Shown here: piece by piece, positions 1 to 8,361 of the stretch
Numbering within the stretch: the stretch's first letter is position 1
Layout: the number at the start of each line of letters is the position of its first letter
Assembly: GCA_963701295.1 (NCBI GenBank)
Contig: OY969585.1
Location: 3,296,001 to 3,360,000 of the forward strand
Reading direction: 5' to 3'
DNA: 64,000 bases
DNA from: Ignavibacteriota bacterium
GTDB taxonomy: Bacteria; Bacteroidota; Ignavibacteria; UBA10030
The notes under the pieces: generated by a model
Seen by the model: the letters and a program-made list of their open reading frames with translations, nothing else
What the model was told of the DNA's origin: nothing
Databases searched by the model: none
Position numbers and translations under genes: made by a program

Positions 1-2
1 AT

Positions 3-1070
3 TCGTGAAGCGTTTGTTATTAATCGACGACTGGAAAACGTTACTTCGCCGCCGGCATAATCAATAACATAGTCATTCACTTCTCCGCGAGCCATCAATT
101 CACCATTAAGATATACTCGATCACTGCCCGCAATGATGACGAGACGATTCTCTCCATTATTACCTGTGAGGCGGTATGGGCCTTGCACACCTTCTATCCC
201 CTGAAATTGATTTGTAGCGTACTTTCCTCGTGCAGTTGCGCCAGTAAGAGACATTGAACCGTCAAGATCGGATCCGCCAATACGATCAAAGGACGCGGTA
301 CCTCGCCCACCCTGAAGTTTGCGATTTAATCTTCCGAACTCGCCTCCTTCTTTTTGATCAATTTGCAGGTCAAAATCTCCAAGCGTTGCAGAGTAATGAG
401 GATTCTTGATTTCGACATAGACCTTATCAACCTCTTGCAGAGTTTGTGTAGTACCCTCCGGCTGGAGAGGTGAGTTTTCATCCGTCAGTGCTGCCGTCAC
501 GTCGATATCTTGAGAAAGCTTGCCAGCAAGCTGCATACGGAATCCGGAATTCAATGAGAGGTCACTATTAGAACCGACAGAAAAACCGCGTACAATCGAT
601 CCGCTTTTTTGAAGACCGGATCCAAAAAAATCATCCGAGAAGAGCTTTGTTGATAACGGTGAAATGACCTTTTTTTCTTTGCCTACAGAATCCCGGAGAA
701 TTTCAATTTGCCGAAGTGAATATTCGTGTTTGAAGTTTATGGGAAGTGCACGGTATGTAACCGTCATCTTATGAGAAAGCGAGTCAGAAAGTAACGAGGC
801 AATAAATTTCGGAAGAAAAAGAATCTGCCCGTATCGGTAATTCATTCGAAAGTCGCGCATTCGTTCCAAGTGTCGCAGTGAATCGATTATAATATGTTCA
901 CTTCCTTCGATGATAAATTCCTGCGGCAGTTGATAGAGTGTATCGGATCTATGAAGTGTGAATACTGCGGAAAGATGGCTAAAAGAGACCTGAGTTCCAG
1001 ATGTCTGCGCGGATAGGGGGAAAGATGGAAATACCGTTATGAGAAGAACAAGAGAAAGTGAATACTTCAT
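3..1070 (-). CDS. Large secreted/outer-membrane conserved protein of Bacteroidota/Ignavibacteria type (5' part; runs off the window edge)
   Basis: Translated by hand from ATG at 1070: MKYSLSLVLLITVFPSFPLSAQ (signal peptide) ... GSIVRGFSVGSNSDLSLNSGFRMQLAGKL ... TDENSPLQPEGTTQTLQEVDKVYV ... IIAGSDRVYLNGELMARGEVNDYVIDY. The frame stays open to the edge. It is absent from the ORF track because there is no stop in the window. Confidence 0.8.
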   Translation of the reverse strand, partial: MKYSLSLVLLITVFPSFPLSAQTSGTQVSFSHLSAVFTLHRSDTLYQLPQEFIIEGSEHIIIDSLRHLERMRDFRMNYRYGQILFLPKFIASLLSDSLSHKMTVTYRALPINFKHEYSLRQIEILRDSVGKEKKVISPLSTKLFSDDFFGSGLQKSGSIVRGFSVGSNSDLSLNSGFRMQLAGKLSQDIDVTAALTDENSPLQPEGTTQTLQEVDKVYVEIKNPHYSATLGDFDLQIDQKEGGEFGRLNRKLQGGRGTASFDRIGGSDLDGSMSLTGATARGKYATNQFQGIEGVQGPYRLTGNNGENRLVIIAGSDRVYLNGELMARGEVNDYVIDYAGGEVTFSSRRLITNASR

Positions 1071-1382
1071 TAATTACGCCGAAGATATATGAATAAAGAT
1101 TGGTATTAGTACTTCATAGGCATCTCCTAATATTCACTTATGATCGAACAGCCTGCACTGTTGATTCTTATTATGAAAGATAATGAATTACAGCATTCAC
1201 TACAACTCTATTTTTACAATCGAACTCACTTCGCCTCGTTTTACAGTATCTCCCTCCTACTGTTACGACAGAGGGGAGGAGAATGTGAAGATCCGCCAAA
1301 ATAAAACAGGTTCAATTGTCACAACTTTCATTATTCGATTTCTGCACAAAATAATAAAATTTCGTTGGGGGCAGTTGAATCG

Positions 1383-1416
1383 AAAAAAAAACCTGTGAAC
1401 GTGAAACTCACAGGCT
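1383..1416 (-). terminator. Intrinsic terminator downstream of tRNA-Leu
   Basis: Minus strand reads CCTGTGAG-TTTCACG-TTCACAGG followed by a 9-nt T run. Confidence 0.75.
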
Positions 1417-1422
1417 ATCATG

Positions 1423-1508
1423 TGCCGAAGGGGGGACTCGAACCCCCACTCGGTTTGAGCCAAACTGGATTTTGAGTCCAGCGCGTCTACCAATTCCGCC
1501 ACTTCGGC
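1423..1508 (-). tRNA. tRNA-Leu (anticodon CAA), long variable arm, CCA not encoded
   Basis: Acceptor stem GCCGAAG/CTTCGGC plus A73; D arm TGGCGGAATTGGTAGACGC; anticodon arm CTGGA-CTCAAAA-TCCAG; T arm GGGGG-TTCGAGT-CCCCC. Confidence 0.97.
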
Positions 1509-1510
1509 AT

Positions 1511-1753
1511 TTATATATTAAGAATATCTTTTAAAAGTTCTCTTCCTTGTCCTGATTTAAGAAACTTCTCACGTTCCGCTGCCTGCTTCCTATCTAAATA
1601 ATTCTCTATGTGTACAAATACCAGTGGTCGTCTTCCTTTTGTCGCTGATACTCTTCCTGAATTATGTTCCTCAATCCTCCGAGAGATGTTGTTAGTCAAT
1701 CCTATATACAACTTCCCATCTTTTTTTGAATACAATACGTAAACGAATTCCAC
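1511..1753 (-). CDS. Small stand-alone GIY-YIG nuclease (UPF0213/YhbQ-like)
   Basis: VYVLYS...LYIGLTNNISRRIEEHNSG...TKGRRP...AAEREKFLK, with the Y, Y, G, R, H and E core residues present. Likely GTG start at 1753; the ORF track extends the frame to 1822. Confidence 0.9.
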   Translation of the reverse strand: MEFVYVLYSKKDGKLYIGLTNNISRRIEEHNSGRVSATKGRRPLVFVHIENYLDRKQAAEREKFLKSGQGRELLKDILNI

Positions 1754-1828
1754 TTGAGTCCAACGCGGTCGCCTTCGGCGACCAAGTCTACCTTTGCCCG
1801 CCGAAGGCGGGAATTCCGCCACTTCGGC
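1754..1828 (-). pseudogene. Duplicated 5' half of tRNA-Leu (nt 1 to anticodon) with two 19-nt hairpin insertions
   Basis: GCCGAAGTGGCGGAATT[CCCGCCTTCGGCGGGCAAA]GGTAGAC[TTGGTCGCCGAAGGCGACC]GCGTTGGACTCAA versus the tRNA GCCGAAGTGGCGGAATTGGTAGACGCGCTGGACTCAA: 36/37 identical once the inserts are removed. Confidence 0.92.
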
Positions 1829-1843
1829 TTCTTTAATGTATGT

Positions 1844-1872
1844 AATATATCAAGGAATGATTTTTGAAACAA
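1844..1872 (-). promoter_or_regulatory. Sigma70-type promoter upstream of the tRNA half-copy
   Basis: TTGTTT-N17-TATATT with a TGn extended -10, 15 nt upstream of position 1828. Confidence 0.6.
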
Positions 1873-1945
1873 GGTTTTTCTTGCGGGGCACTCTTTGACT
1901 TTGCAGGCATATTTGGATAGATTTCTTGGCATAGAAAAGAATAAT

Positions 1946-2380
1946 ATGATTGATTGCGTTTTCTGCAAAATAATATCCAAAAAAATACCTGCTGAAATTT
2001 TATTTGAGAACGACCACGTCGTCTCTCTCCTTGATATTAATCCAATTCATTTTGGCCATGCGTTGATCCTGCCTAAACAGCATTGCAGGGATTTCCTGGA
2101 TTTGCCTTCTGAGGCATATCAATCCATTTTGGAAGCAGCTAAAATAGTAACGAATGCACTGGTCCAAAGTTTGAATCTTGAAGGATACAATATTTTCTCT
2201 AACAATGGCCAGATTGCCGGACAGTCAGTGTTTCACTTTCATCTCCATGTCACACCTCGATATCCCGATGACAACATTCGTTTCGTTCTGAAGCTCAAAC
2301 AGTATCCTGATGGTGAATTGAAGCGTTACGGAGCAATAATCCGCCAACACATTCAACAACCATCAGCACAGAGGCGATAG
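1946..2380 (+). CDS. HIT family nucleotide hydrolase
   Basis: DCVFCKII N-terminus and GQSVFHFHLHV histidine triad. Confidence 0.92.
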   Translation: MIDCVFCKIISKKIPAEILFENDHVVSLLDINPIHFGHALILPKQHCRDFLDLPSEAYQSILEAAKIVTNALVQSLNLEGYNIFSNNGQIAGQSVFHFHLHVTPRYPDDNIRFVLKLKQYPDGELKRYGAIIRQHIQQPSAQRR

Positions 2381-2386
2381 AAAACA

Positions 2387-3721
2387 ATGACACAGTATGT
2401 TAAATTAATTCCACCATCTGCAGGTCAAAAAATTCGCATTCAAAATGGGAAATTAAATGTTCCTGACCATCCGATCATCCCTTTCATCGAAGGTGACGGC
2501 ACTGGACCAGACATTTGGCGTGCATCTCAACGAGTCCTTGACTCTGCTGTCACTAAGGCCTATGGTGAGACAAAGAAGATTGTCTGGTTTGAAGTATTCG
2601 CCGGTGAAAAAGCGAATGAAGTGTACAGACCGAATACATGGCTGCACGATGACACGATCGAAGCATTCAAGGAATATCTCGTTGGTATAAAGGGTCCGCT
2701 GACGACACCCATCGGCGGCGGTATTCGTTCGTTAAATGTAGCACTCCGCCAAATCCTCGATCTATATGTCTGTTTACGGCCTGTTCGATGGTTTACAGGT
2801 GTTCCTTCTCCGGTCAAGCATCCGGAAAAAGTTGACATGGTCATCTTCCGCGAAAACACGGAAGACATCTATGCAGGAATTGAATACCAAAGCGGCACGC
2901 CAGAAGCACAAAAAGTGCTGGATTTCATTGCGAAAGAATTTCCGAGACAGTTCTCAAAAATTCGATTTGGAACAAAACAAGGTTCGGAGGATTTTTGGAA
3001 ATTAGCCGGCGTACAGAATTTTTCCAATGATGTGATGGTCGGTGTTGGAATCAAACCTGTCAGTTATTCGGGAAGCGTTCGCCTCATCCAGAGTGCCATC
3101 AGTTATGCAATCAAGAACAATCGGAAAAGCGTATCATTGGTGCACAAAGGGAACATCATGAAATTTACTGAAGGCGCATTCCGCGATTGGGGATATCAGG
3201 TTGCGAAACAGTACTTTGGTGCCGAAGAAATCGATGGTGGACCTTGGTGCCGCATTCCCAAAGGTAAACCGGGTGCCGGCATCGTTATCAAAGATGCAAT
3301 TGCGGATATTACTCTCCAGCAAGTTCTCACTCGCCCTGAAGACTTTGATGTTATCGCAACATTGAATCTTAATGGCGATTATCTTTCGGATGCACTTGCT
3401 GCACAAGTCGGAGGAATTGGCATTGCTCCAGGCGGCAACATCAATTACATCTCAGGTCATGCTATATTTGAAGCCACGCATGGTACTGCCCCAAAGTACG
3501 CGAATCTTGATAAAGTAAATCCTGGTTCTCTTATTCTCTCAGGAGAGATGATGCTCCGCTATATAGGTTGGACACAAGCTGCAGACCTCATCATCAAAGG
3601 ATTAGAGAGCGCAATTCAATCAAAAGTAGTGACGTATGATTTTGCCCGGTTGATGGAAGGCGCAACAGAAGTGAAGTGTTCAGAATTTGGCAATACTATT
3701 ATTAAGAATATGTCATTATAA
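2387..3721 (+). CDS. icd: NADP-dependent isocitrate dehydrogenase
   Basis: [49 protein letters not shown]. Confidence 0.97.
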   Translation: MTQYVKLIPPSAGQKIRIQNGKLNVPDHPIIPFIEGDGTGPDIWRASQRVLDSAVTKAYGETKKIVWFEVFAGEKANEVYRPNTWLHDDTIEAFKEYLVGIKGPLTTPIGGGIRSLNVALRQILDLYVCLRPVRWFTGVPSPVKHPEKVDMVIFRENTEDIYAGIEYQSGTPEAQKVLDFIAKEFPRQFSKIRFGTKQGSEDFWKLAGVQNFSNDVMVGVGIKPVSYSGSVRLIQSAISYAIKNNRKSVSLVHKGNIMKFTEGAFRDWGYQVAKQYFGAEEIDGGPWCRIPKGKPGAGIVIKDAIADITLQQVLTRPEDFDVIATLNLNGDYLSDALAAQVGGIGIAPGGNINYISGHAIFEATHGTAPKYANLDKVNPGSLILSGEMMLRYIGWTQAADLIIKGLESAIQSKVVTYDFARLMEGATEVKCSEFGNTIIKNMSL

Positions 3722-3840
3722 AGCCAACACCGATTCAACATACCCCATGCTGTAAGCTGTTTATTGGTTCTTTTTTTCATTCCTTGAAAGACTCTGCATT
3801 TTTTAGTATCATTAATATGGAATTACTTCAGGGAATCAAC

Positions 3841-4131
3841 ATGAATCAAGTTTCAACACCCAAACCTCTTCAACAGGAAGAAAAAGACGTCGATGTTTTG
3901 GTTGAACAACCTGCGAGGGTGATCCTATACAACGACGAAGTCCATTCCTTTGACGAGGTTATCGGGCAAATTATAAAAGCCGTCGGATGCGATACAACCA
4001 AAGCTGAAGCATTAACCTGGGAAGTCCATAATAGCGGCAAGGCAATGGTGTTTGAAGGACAGATGACAGAATGTTTAAAAGTATCGCACGTGCTGGAAGA
4101 AATTGCGTTGAATACGCAGATTGAAGTATAA
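3841..4131 (+). CDS. clpS: ATP-dependent Clp protease adaptor ClpS
   Basis: VILYNDEVHSFDEVI...A..LTWEVHNSGKA motif. Confidence 0.88.
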   Translation: MNQVSTPKPLQQEEKDVDVLVEQPARVILYNDEVHSFDEVIGQIIKAVGCDTTKAEALTWEVHNSGKAMVFEGQMTECLKVSHVLEEIALNTQIEV

Positions 4132-4136
4132 TCCTC

Positions 4137-6914
4137 ATGACCTCTTCGGAAATCCGAAACAGTTTTCTGAAATTCTTTGAAGATCGCGCACACACCATTG
4201 TTCCGAGCGCTCCAGTTGTACCGTACGACGATCCAACCCTGCTCTTCGCTAATGCAGGCATGAACCAATTCAAGGATGTCTTTCTTGGTACCGGAAAACG
4301 CAGTTATACACGCGCAACGGACACGCAAAAGTGCATCCGTGTAAGCGGCAAGCACAATGATCTTGAAGAAGTCGGACGCGATACGTATCATCATACATTC
4401 TTTGAGATGCTCGGTAACTGGTCCTTTGGCGATTACTATAAGAAGGAAGCCATCGAATGGGCCTGGGAACTTCTAACAAAAGTCTGGGGACTTCCGAAGG
4501 ACCGACTCTGGGCAACAGTATATAAAGACGATCAAGAAGCCGAACAATTGTGGAAATCAGTTACAGACATCGATCCGAATCACATATTACGCTTCGGTGA
4601 AAAAGATAATTTTTGGGAAATGGGCGAGACCGGACCGTGCGGGCCGTGCTCTGAAATTCACATTGACCGAACTCCGGATGGTACAGCTACTGCTTCGATG
4701 GTAAATGCTGGAGTTGCAGATGTCATGGAGATCTGGAATCTCGTCTTCATTCAGTACAATCGAGATGAAACCGGCAAGCTTACTCCCCTGCCTGCAAAAC
4801 ATGTTGATACCGGAATGGGATTCGAGCGTATATGTGCAGTACTACAAGAGATAATATCTAATTATGAAACAGACGTTTTTTGGCCTATTATTAAGAAGAT
4901 TCAAGACATTGTTGGAAAAGTTTATGAGCAGGAATCTTCCGGTTACTATTTGAGCGGAGAACAGCGGAATAACAACGAAGCAATGAGAGTCATTTCAGAT
5001 CATGTTCGAACTTTAACATTCGCAATTGGAGACGGTGCAACTCCGAGCAATGAAGGAAGAGGATATGTTCTACGCCGAATACTTCGTCGCGCCGCCAGAT
5101 TTGGAAGAAATCTTGGGATGCATGAACCATTTATTTATCAGCTCGTACCGACTCTTGTTGAAACGATGAGCTATATCTTCCCTGAGATTAAAACGAACCA
5201 AGACCACATACAACGAGTAATAAAGGGTGAGGAAGAAAGCTTTAATGCTACGCTGGATCGTGGTCTGGAAAAATTTGAAGATGTGGTAAAACAAATTGGT
5301 CATTCCAAAACTTTTCCCGGTGAAGATGCGTTCAAGCTCTACGATACTTTTGGATTTCCACTTGATCTTACAGAGTTAATGGCAACCGAACGAGAATTGA
5401 AAGTTGAAGTTGGCATTTTTACTAAATTAATGGAGGAACAAAGATCAAGATCGCGCTGGCAAAACTTTAACCTTCCATCGACATATACTGGTAAATCGAA
5501 TGATCCAGATTGGTTAATCAGTAAACAAAGGGCAAGAGAATTTGGCTCTTCTTTGTTAGCGGGTAAGACAAATTTTGTGGGCTATGAGTTGCTCAACACA
5601 TCCGCAAAAGTACTTGCGGCTACTGATTATTTGGTTTGGTTAGACAATACTTCTTTCTATGCTGAATCAGGTGGACAAGAAGAAGATACAGGTATTATCT
5701 ACTTGAAAGATGAAATAATTGAAGTCATCCATACTCAAAAAGCTGATGACGTAATTGTCCATACGGTACGGCAGCCAAATAAACTTAAAGAAGGAGATGC
5801 TGTTAAAGTTGAAGTCGATATTCCTCGCCGTCTCTCCATCATGCGCAATCATTCTGCGACACACTTGCTTCATAAGGCATTACGACAAATCCTTGGAACT
5901 CACGTTCAACAAGCAGGGTCGCTTGTCGCGCCGGATTATTTCCGGTTCGATTTTTCACATTTCGCAAAACTCAGCGAACAAGAACTCACCGACATTGAAG
6001 CGTTGGTGAATGAAAAGATTAAGGAAAACATTCCACGCACTCCCGGATTGAACAATATCCCGTTTGAAGATGCCAAGAAAATGGAAGCATTAATGTTCTC
6101 TAGCGATAAATACGGAGAGCGTGTGAACGTCATTCAGTTTGGAGATTTCAGTACGGAATTTTGCGGCGGCACTCACGTCGACAACACCGGTGAAATTGGG
6201 TATTTTAAAATTCGCAGTGAAGGCAGTATAGCAAGCGGTGTACGAAGAATTGAAGGTGTAACTGGTACGTATGCAGTTAGTTATCTTATCGAACAAGAGC
6301 AAGAATTCGCAGACGAATATGATTTTGCATATAATCGATTCGAGGAAATATTCAAGTCACAAATTAAAGATCTGAAAGAGCTTCCGAATATTCCAAATCA
6401 GGCTTCACCGGAATTAGCCGGTTATTTTGCTCAATTGCACAAATACAGAATAATTCTAAAAAATGTTATTGAGCAAGACAATGAAACAAAGAAAACGATG
6501 GAAAAAGAGCGAGCGAAATCCCGTTTAAAATCGCTTTCCGGCTCAATGGATGAAATGATTTCTTCCGCAGTTTCTGTTGACAACATCAAGTTGGTCGCAA
6601 CAAAAGTTTCTGCCACTTCGATCGATGAATTGAAATCGCTCGGTGACTCACTCCGTGCCAAGCTCGGCAGCGGCGTTGGAGTGCTAGCTTCAGTTATAGA
6701 AGACAAAGTGCAGCTGGTGTGTGTTGTGACGGACGACCTTGTTACCGCAAAAAAGATTGAAGCAGGCAAAGTAGTCGGCGCAGTTGCAAAAATAGTAGGC
6801 GGCAGCGGTGGCGGACGTCCGCATATGGCAACTGCAGGCGGAAAAGATATAGTGAAGATAGATGAAGCACTATCTTACACAAAATCTATTGTTGAATCTC
6901 TTTTAAAAAAATAG
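4137..6914 (+). CDS. alaS: Alanine--tRNA ligase
   Basis: LLFANAGMNQFK, HHTFFEMLGNWSFGDY, DTGMGFER, editing motifs NHSATH and CGGTH, C-Ala GGGGRPHMA. Confidence 0.97.
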   Translation: MTSSEIRNSFLKFFEDRAHTIVPSAPVVPYDDPTLLFANAGMNQFKDVFLGTGKRSYTRATDTQKCIRVSGKHNDLEEVGRDTYHHTFFEMLGNWSFGDYYKKEAIEWAWELLTKVWGLPKDRLWATVYKDDQEAEQLWKSVTDIDPNHILRFGEKDNFWEMGETGPCGPCSEIHIDRTPDGTATASMVNAGVADVMEIWNLVFIQYNRDETGKLTPLPAKHVDTGMGFERICAVLQEIISNYETDVFWPIIKKIQDIVGKVYEQESSGYYLSGEQRNNNEAMRVISDHVRTLTFAIGDGATPSNEGRGYVLRRILRRAARFGRNLGMHEPFIYQLVPTLVETMSYIFPEIKTNQDHIQRVIKGEEESFNATLDRGLEKFEDVVKQIGHSKTFPGEDAFKLYDTFGFPLDLTELMATERELKVEVGIFTKLMEEQRSRSRWQNFNLPSTYTGKSNDPDWLISKQRAREFGSSLLAGKTNFVGYELLNTSAKVLAATDYLVWLDNTSFYAESGGQEEDTGIIYLKDEIIEVIHTQKADDVIVHTVRQPNKLKEGDAVKVEVDIPRRLSIMRNHSATHLLHKALRQILGTHVQQAGSLVAPDYFRFDFSHFAKLSEQELTDIEALVNEKIKENIPRTPGLNNIPFEDAKKMEALMFSSDKYGERVNVIQFGDFSTEFCGGTHVDNTGEIGYFKIRSEGSIASGVRRIEGVTGTYAVSYLIEQEQEFADEYDFAYNRFEEIFKSQIKDLKELPNIPNQASPELAGYFAQLHKYRIILKNVIEQDNETKKTMEKERAKSRLKSLSGSMDEMISSAVSVDNIKLVATKVSATSIDELKSLGDSLRAKLGSGVGVLASVIEDKVQLVCVVTDDLVTAKKIEAGKVVGAVAKIVGGSGGGRPHMATAGGKDIVKIDEALSYTKSIVESLLKK

Positions 6915-6925
6915 CAGGAAATCTG

Positions 6926-7669
6926 ATGACAACTCTCGAACATCTTCTCCAAATCAAACGCGATCGCGGTGCAGGGTATCTGCTCTTAGTTGATCCGGAT
7001 AAAATCGATAAAGCAAAATTTCCAGCCTTCATCCGAGAAGCAACAACAGCAGGTGCAGATGCATTCCTCGTCGGCGGGAGCTTAATGCTTTCCAATGAGT
7101 TTGATGAAACATTGAAAACCATAAAAGAGAACACAAAGGCACCGGTTATTATCTTCCCCGGAAGCGTTTCACAAGTTTCACCTGAAGCAGATGCGATTCT
7201 TTTTTTACTTTTGATCAGCGGACGCAATCCGGATCATCTAATCGGCAATCAAGTTATTGCAGCTCCTATTATCAAACGAATGGGATTAGAAGCAATCTCA
7301 ACTGGATATATGCTTATCGATGGCGGCAATGTCACTTCCGCCGAGTTTATGAGTAATACGAAACCTATTCCGCGTGAAAAGTTAGACATAGCCGTTGCCC
7401 ATGCACTTGCAGCTGAGTTGATCGGCTTAAAAATGCTCTACCTCGAAGCAGGCAGTGGAGCAAAACAATCCGTACCGGATGAAATGATAAAAAAAGTAAC
7501 TCAGTATTGTTCCCTTCCTGTCATTGTGGGCGGCGGTATTTGCACGCCCGAAGAAGCTCGGAACAAAATCAAAGCTGGCGCTTCATTCGTTGTCACTGGA
7601 ACGATCATCGAACAGAACTCAAACGGTAAGGTCATTAAAGAGTTTGCACAGGCAATTCACAAATCATAA
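6926..7669 (+). CDS. Geranylgeranylglyceryl/heptaprenylglyceryl phosphate synthase (PcrB family)
   Basis: LVDPDK, VGGS, LISGRNPDHLIG, YLEAGSGA, VGGGI, VVTGT. Confidence 0.9.
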   Translation: MTTLEHLLQIKRDRGAGYLLLVDPDKIDKAKFPAFIREATTAGADAFLVGGSLMLSNEFDETLKTIKENTKAPVIIFPGSVSQVSPEADAILFLLLISGRNPDHLIGNQVIAAPIIKRMGLEAISTGYMLIDGGNVTSAEFMSNTKPIPREKLDIAVAHALAAELIGLKMLYLEAGSGAKQSVPDEMIKKVTQYCSLPVIVGGGICTPEEARNKIKAGASFVVTGTIIEQNSNGKVIKEFAQAIHKS

Positions 7670-7695
7670 AAAATATTTACAAGCGGACATCCTTT

Positions 7696-8301
7696 ATGAC
7701 TCCCTTGCACAGTACTATAAAATCGAGAAATCAGTTTATCTCTGATTCATTGAAAGAAAGCAGCGAGACAAAACTCCATATTCTGCAACAGTGTTCAGGA
7801 GAAATCTCAAAAGCAATCGACCTTATCATCCAAGCATTCAAAACGAAGAAAAAAGTCTTGCTTTGTGGTAATGGCGGCAGTGCCGCTGATGCGCAACACC
7901 TTGCAACCGAATTTGTTATTCGCCTGAGTCCACATATCAAACGTCCGGGTCTTCCGGCAATAGCGCTTACAACAGATTCGTCGAATCTGACTGCGGGTGC
8001 GAACGATCTTGGATATGACAATGTTTTCACGCGCTCCATCGAAGCTCTTGGCAATGAGGGCGATGTGTTGATAGGAATCTCTACAAGTGGCAACTCCGCG
8101 AGCGTGAATCGCGCATTTCAAAAAGCACATGAGATGAAACTTGTAACAATTGGTTTCCTTGGTAAAGACGGCGGTAAGTCTAAAAAACTTGCTGATCTTG
8201 CCATCATTATACCATCAAATGATACACAACGCATTCAAGAAGGTCACATCACTGTCGGTCATATCATTTTTCAACAAGTTGAGCAGGAAATGTTTGGCTG
8301 A
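7696..8301 (+). CDS. gmhA: Phosphoheptose isomerase
   Basis: CGNGGSAADAQH, GISTSGNS, TQRIQEGH. Confidence 0.93.
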   Translation: MTPLHSTIKSRNQFISDSLKESSETKLHILQQCSGEISKAIDLIIQAFKTKKKVLLCGNGGSAADAQHLATEFVIRLSPHIKRPGLPAIALTTDSSNLTAGANDLGYDNVFTRSIEALGNEGDVLIGISTSGNSASVNRAFQKAHEMKLVTIGFLGKDGGKSKKLADLAIIIPSNDTQRIQEGHITVGHIIFQQVEQEMFG

Positions 8302-8361
8302 CGTGGCAATCAGGAATTCGGGATTGGGAATGCAATTATTTTATTCACTCTTCATTGACTA

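Noticed and set aside
1263-1502. 79-aa ORF MAELVDALDSKS...
   Set aside because: It is a translation of the tRNA-Leu gene, not a protein.
1511-1753. Group I intron with homing endonuclease in the tRNA-Leu anticodon loop
   Set aside because: There is no room for a ribozyme core, and the downstream tRNA is complete rather than a 3' exon.
1754-1822. N-terminal extension of the GIY-YIG ORF (MAEFPPSAGKGR...)
   Set aside because: It is the translated tRNA half-copy and hairpins. The family normally starts just before the first VY motif, so 1753 was preferred.
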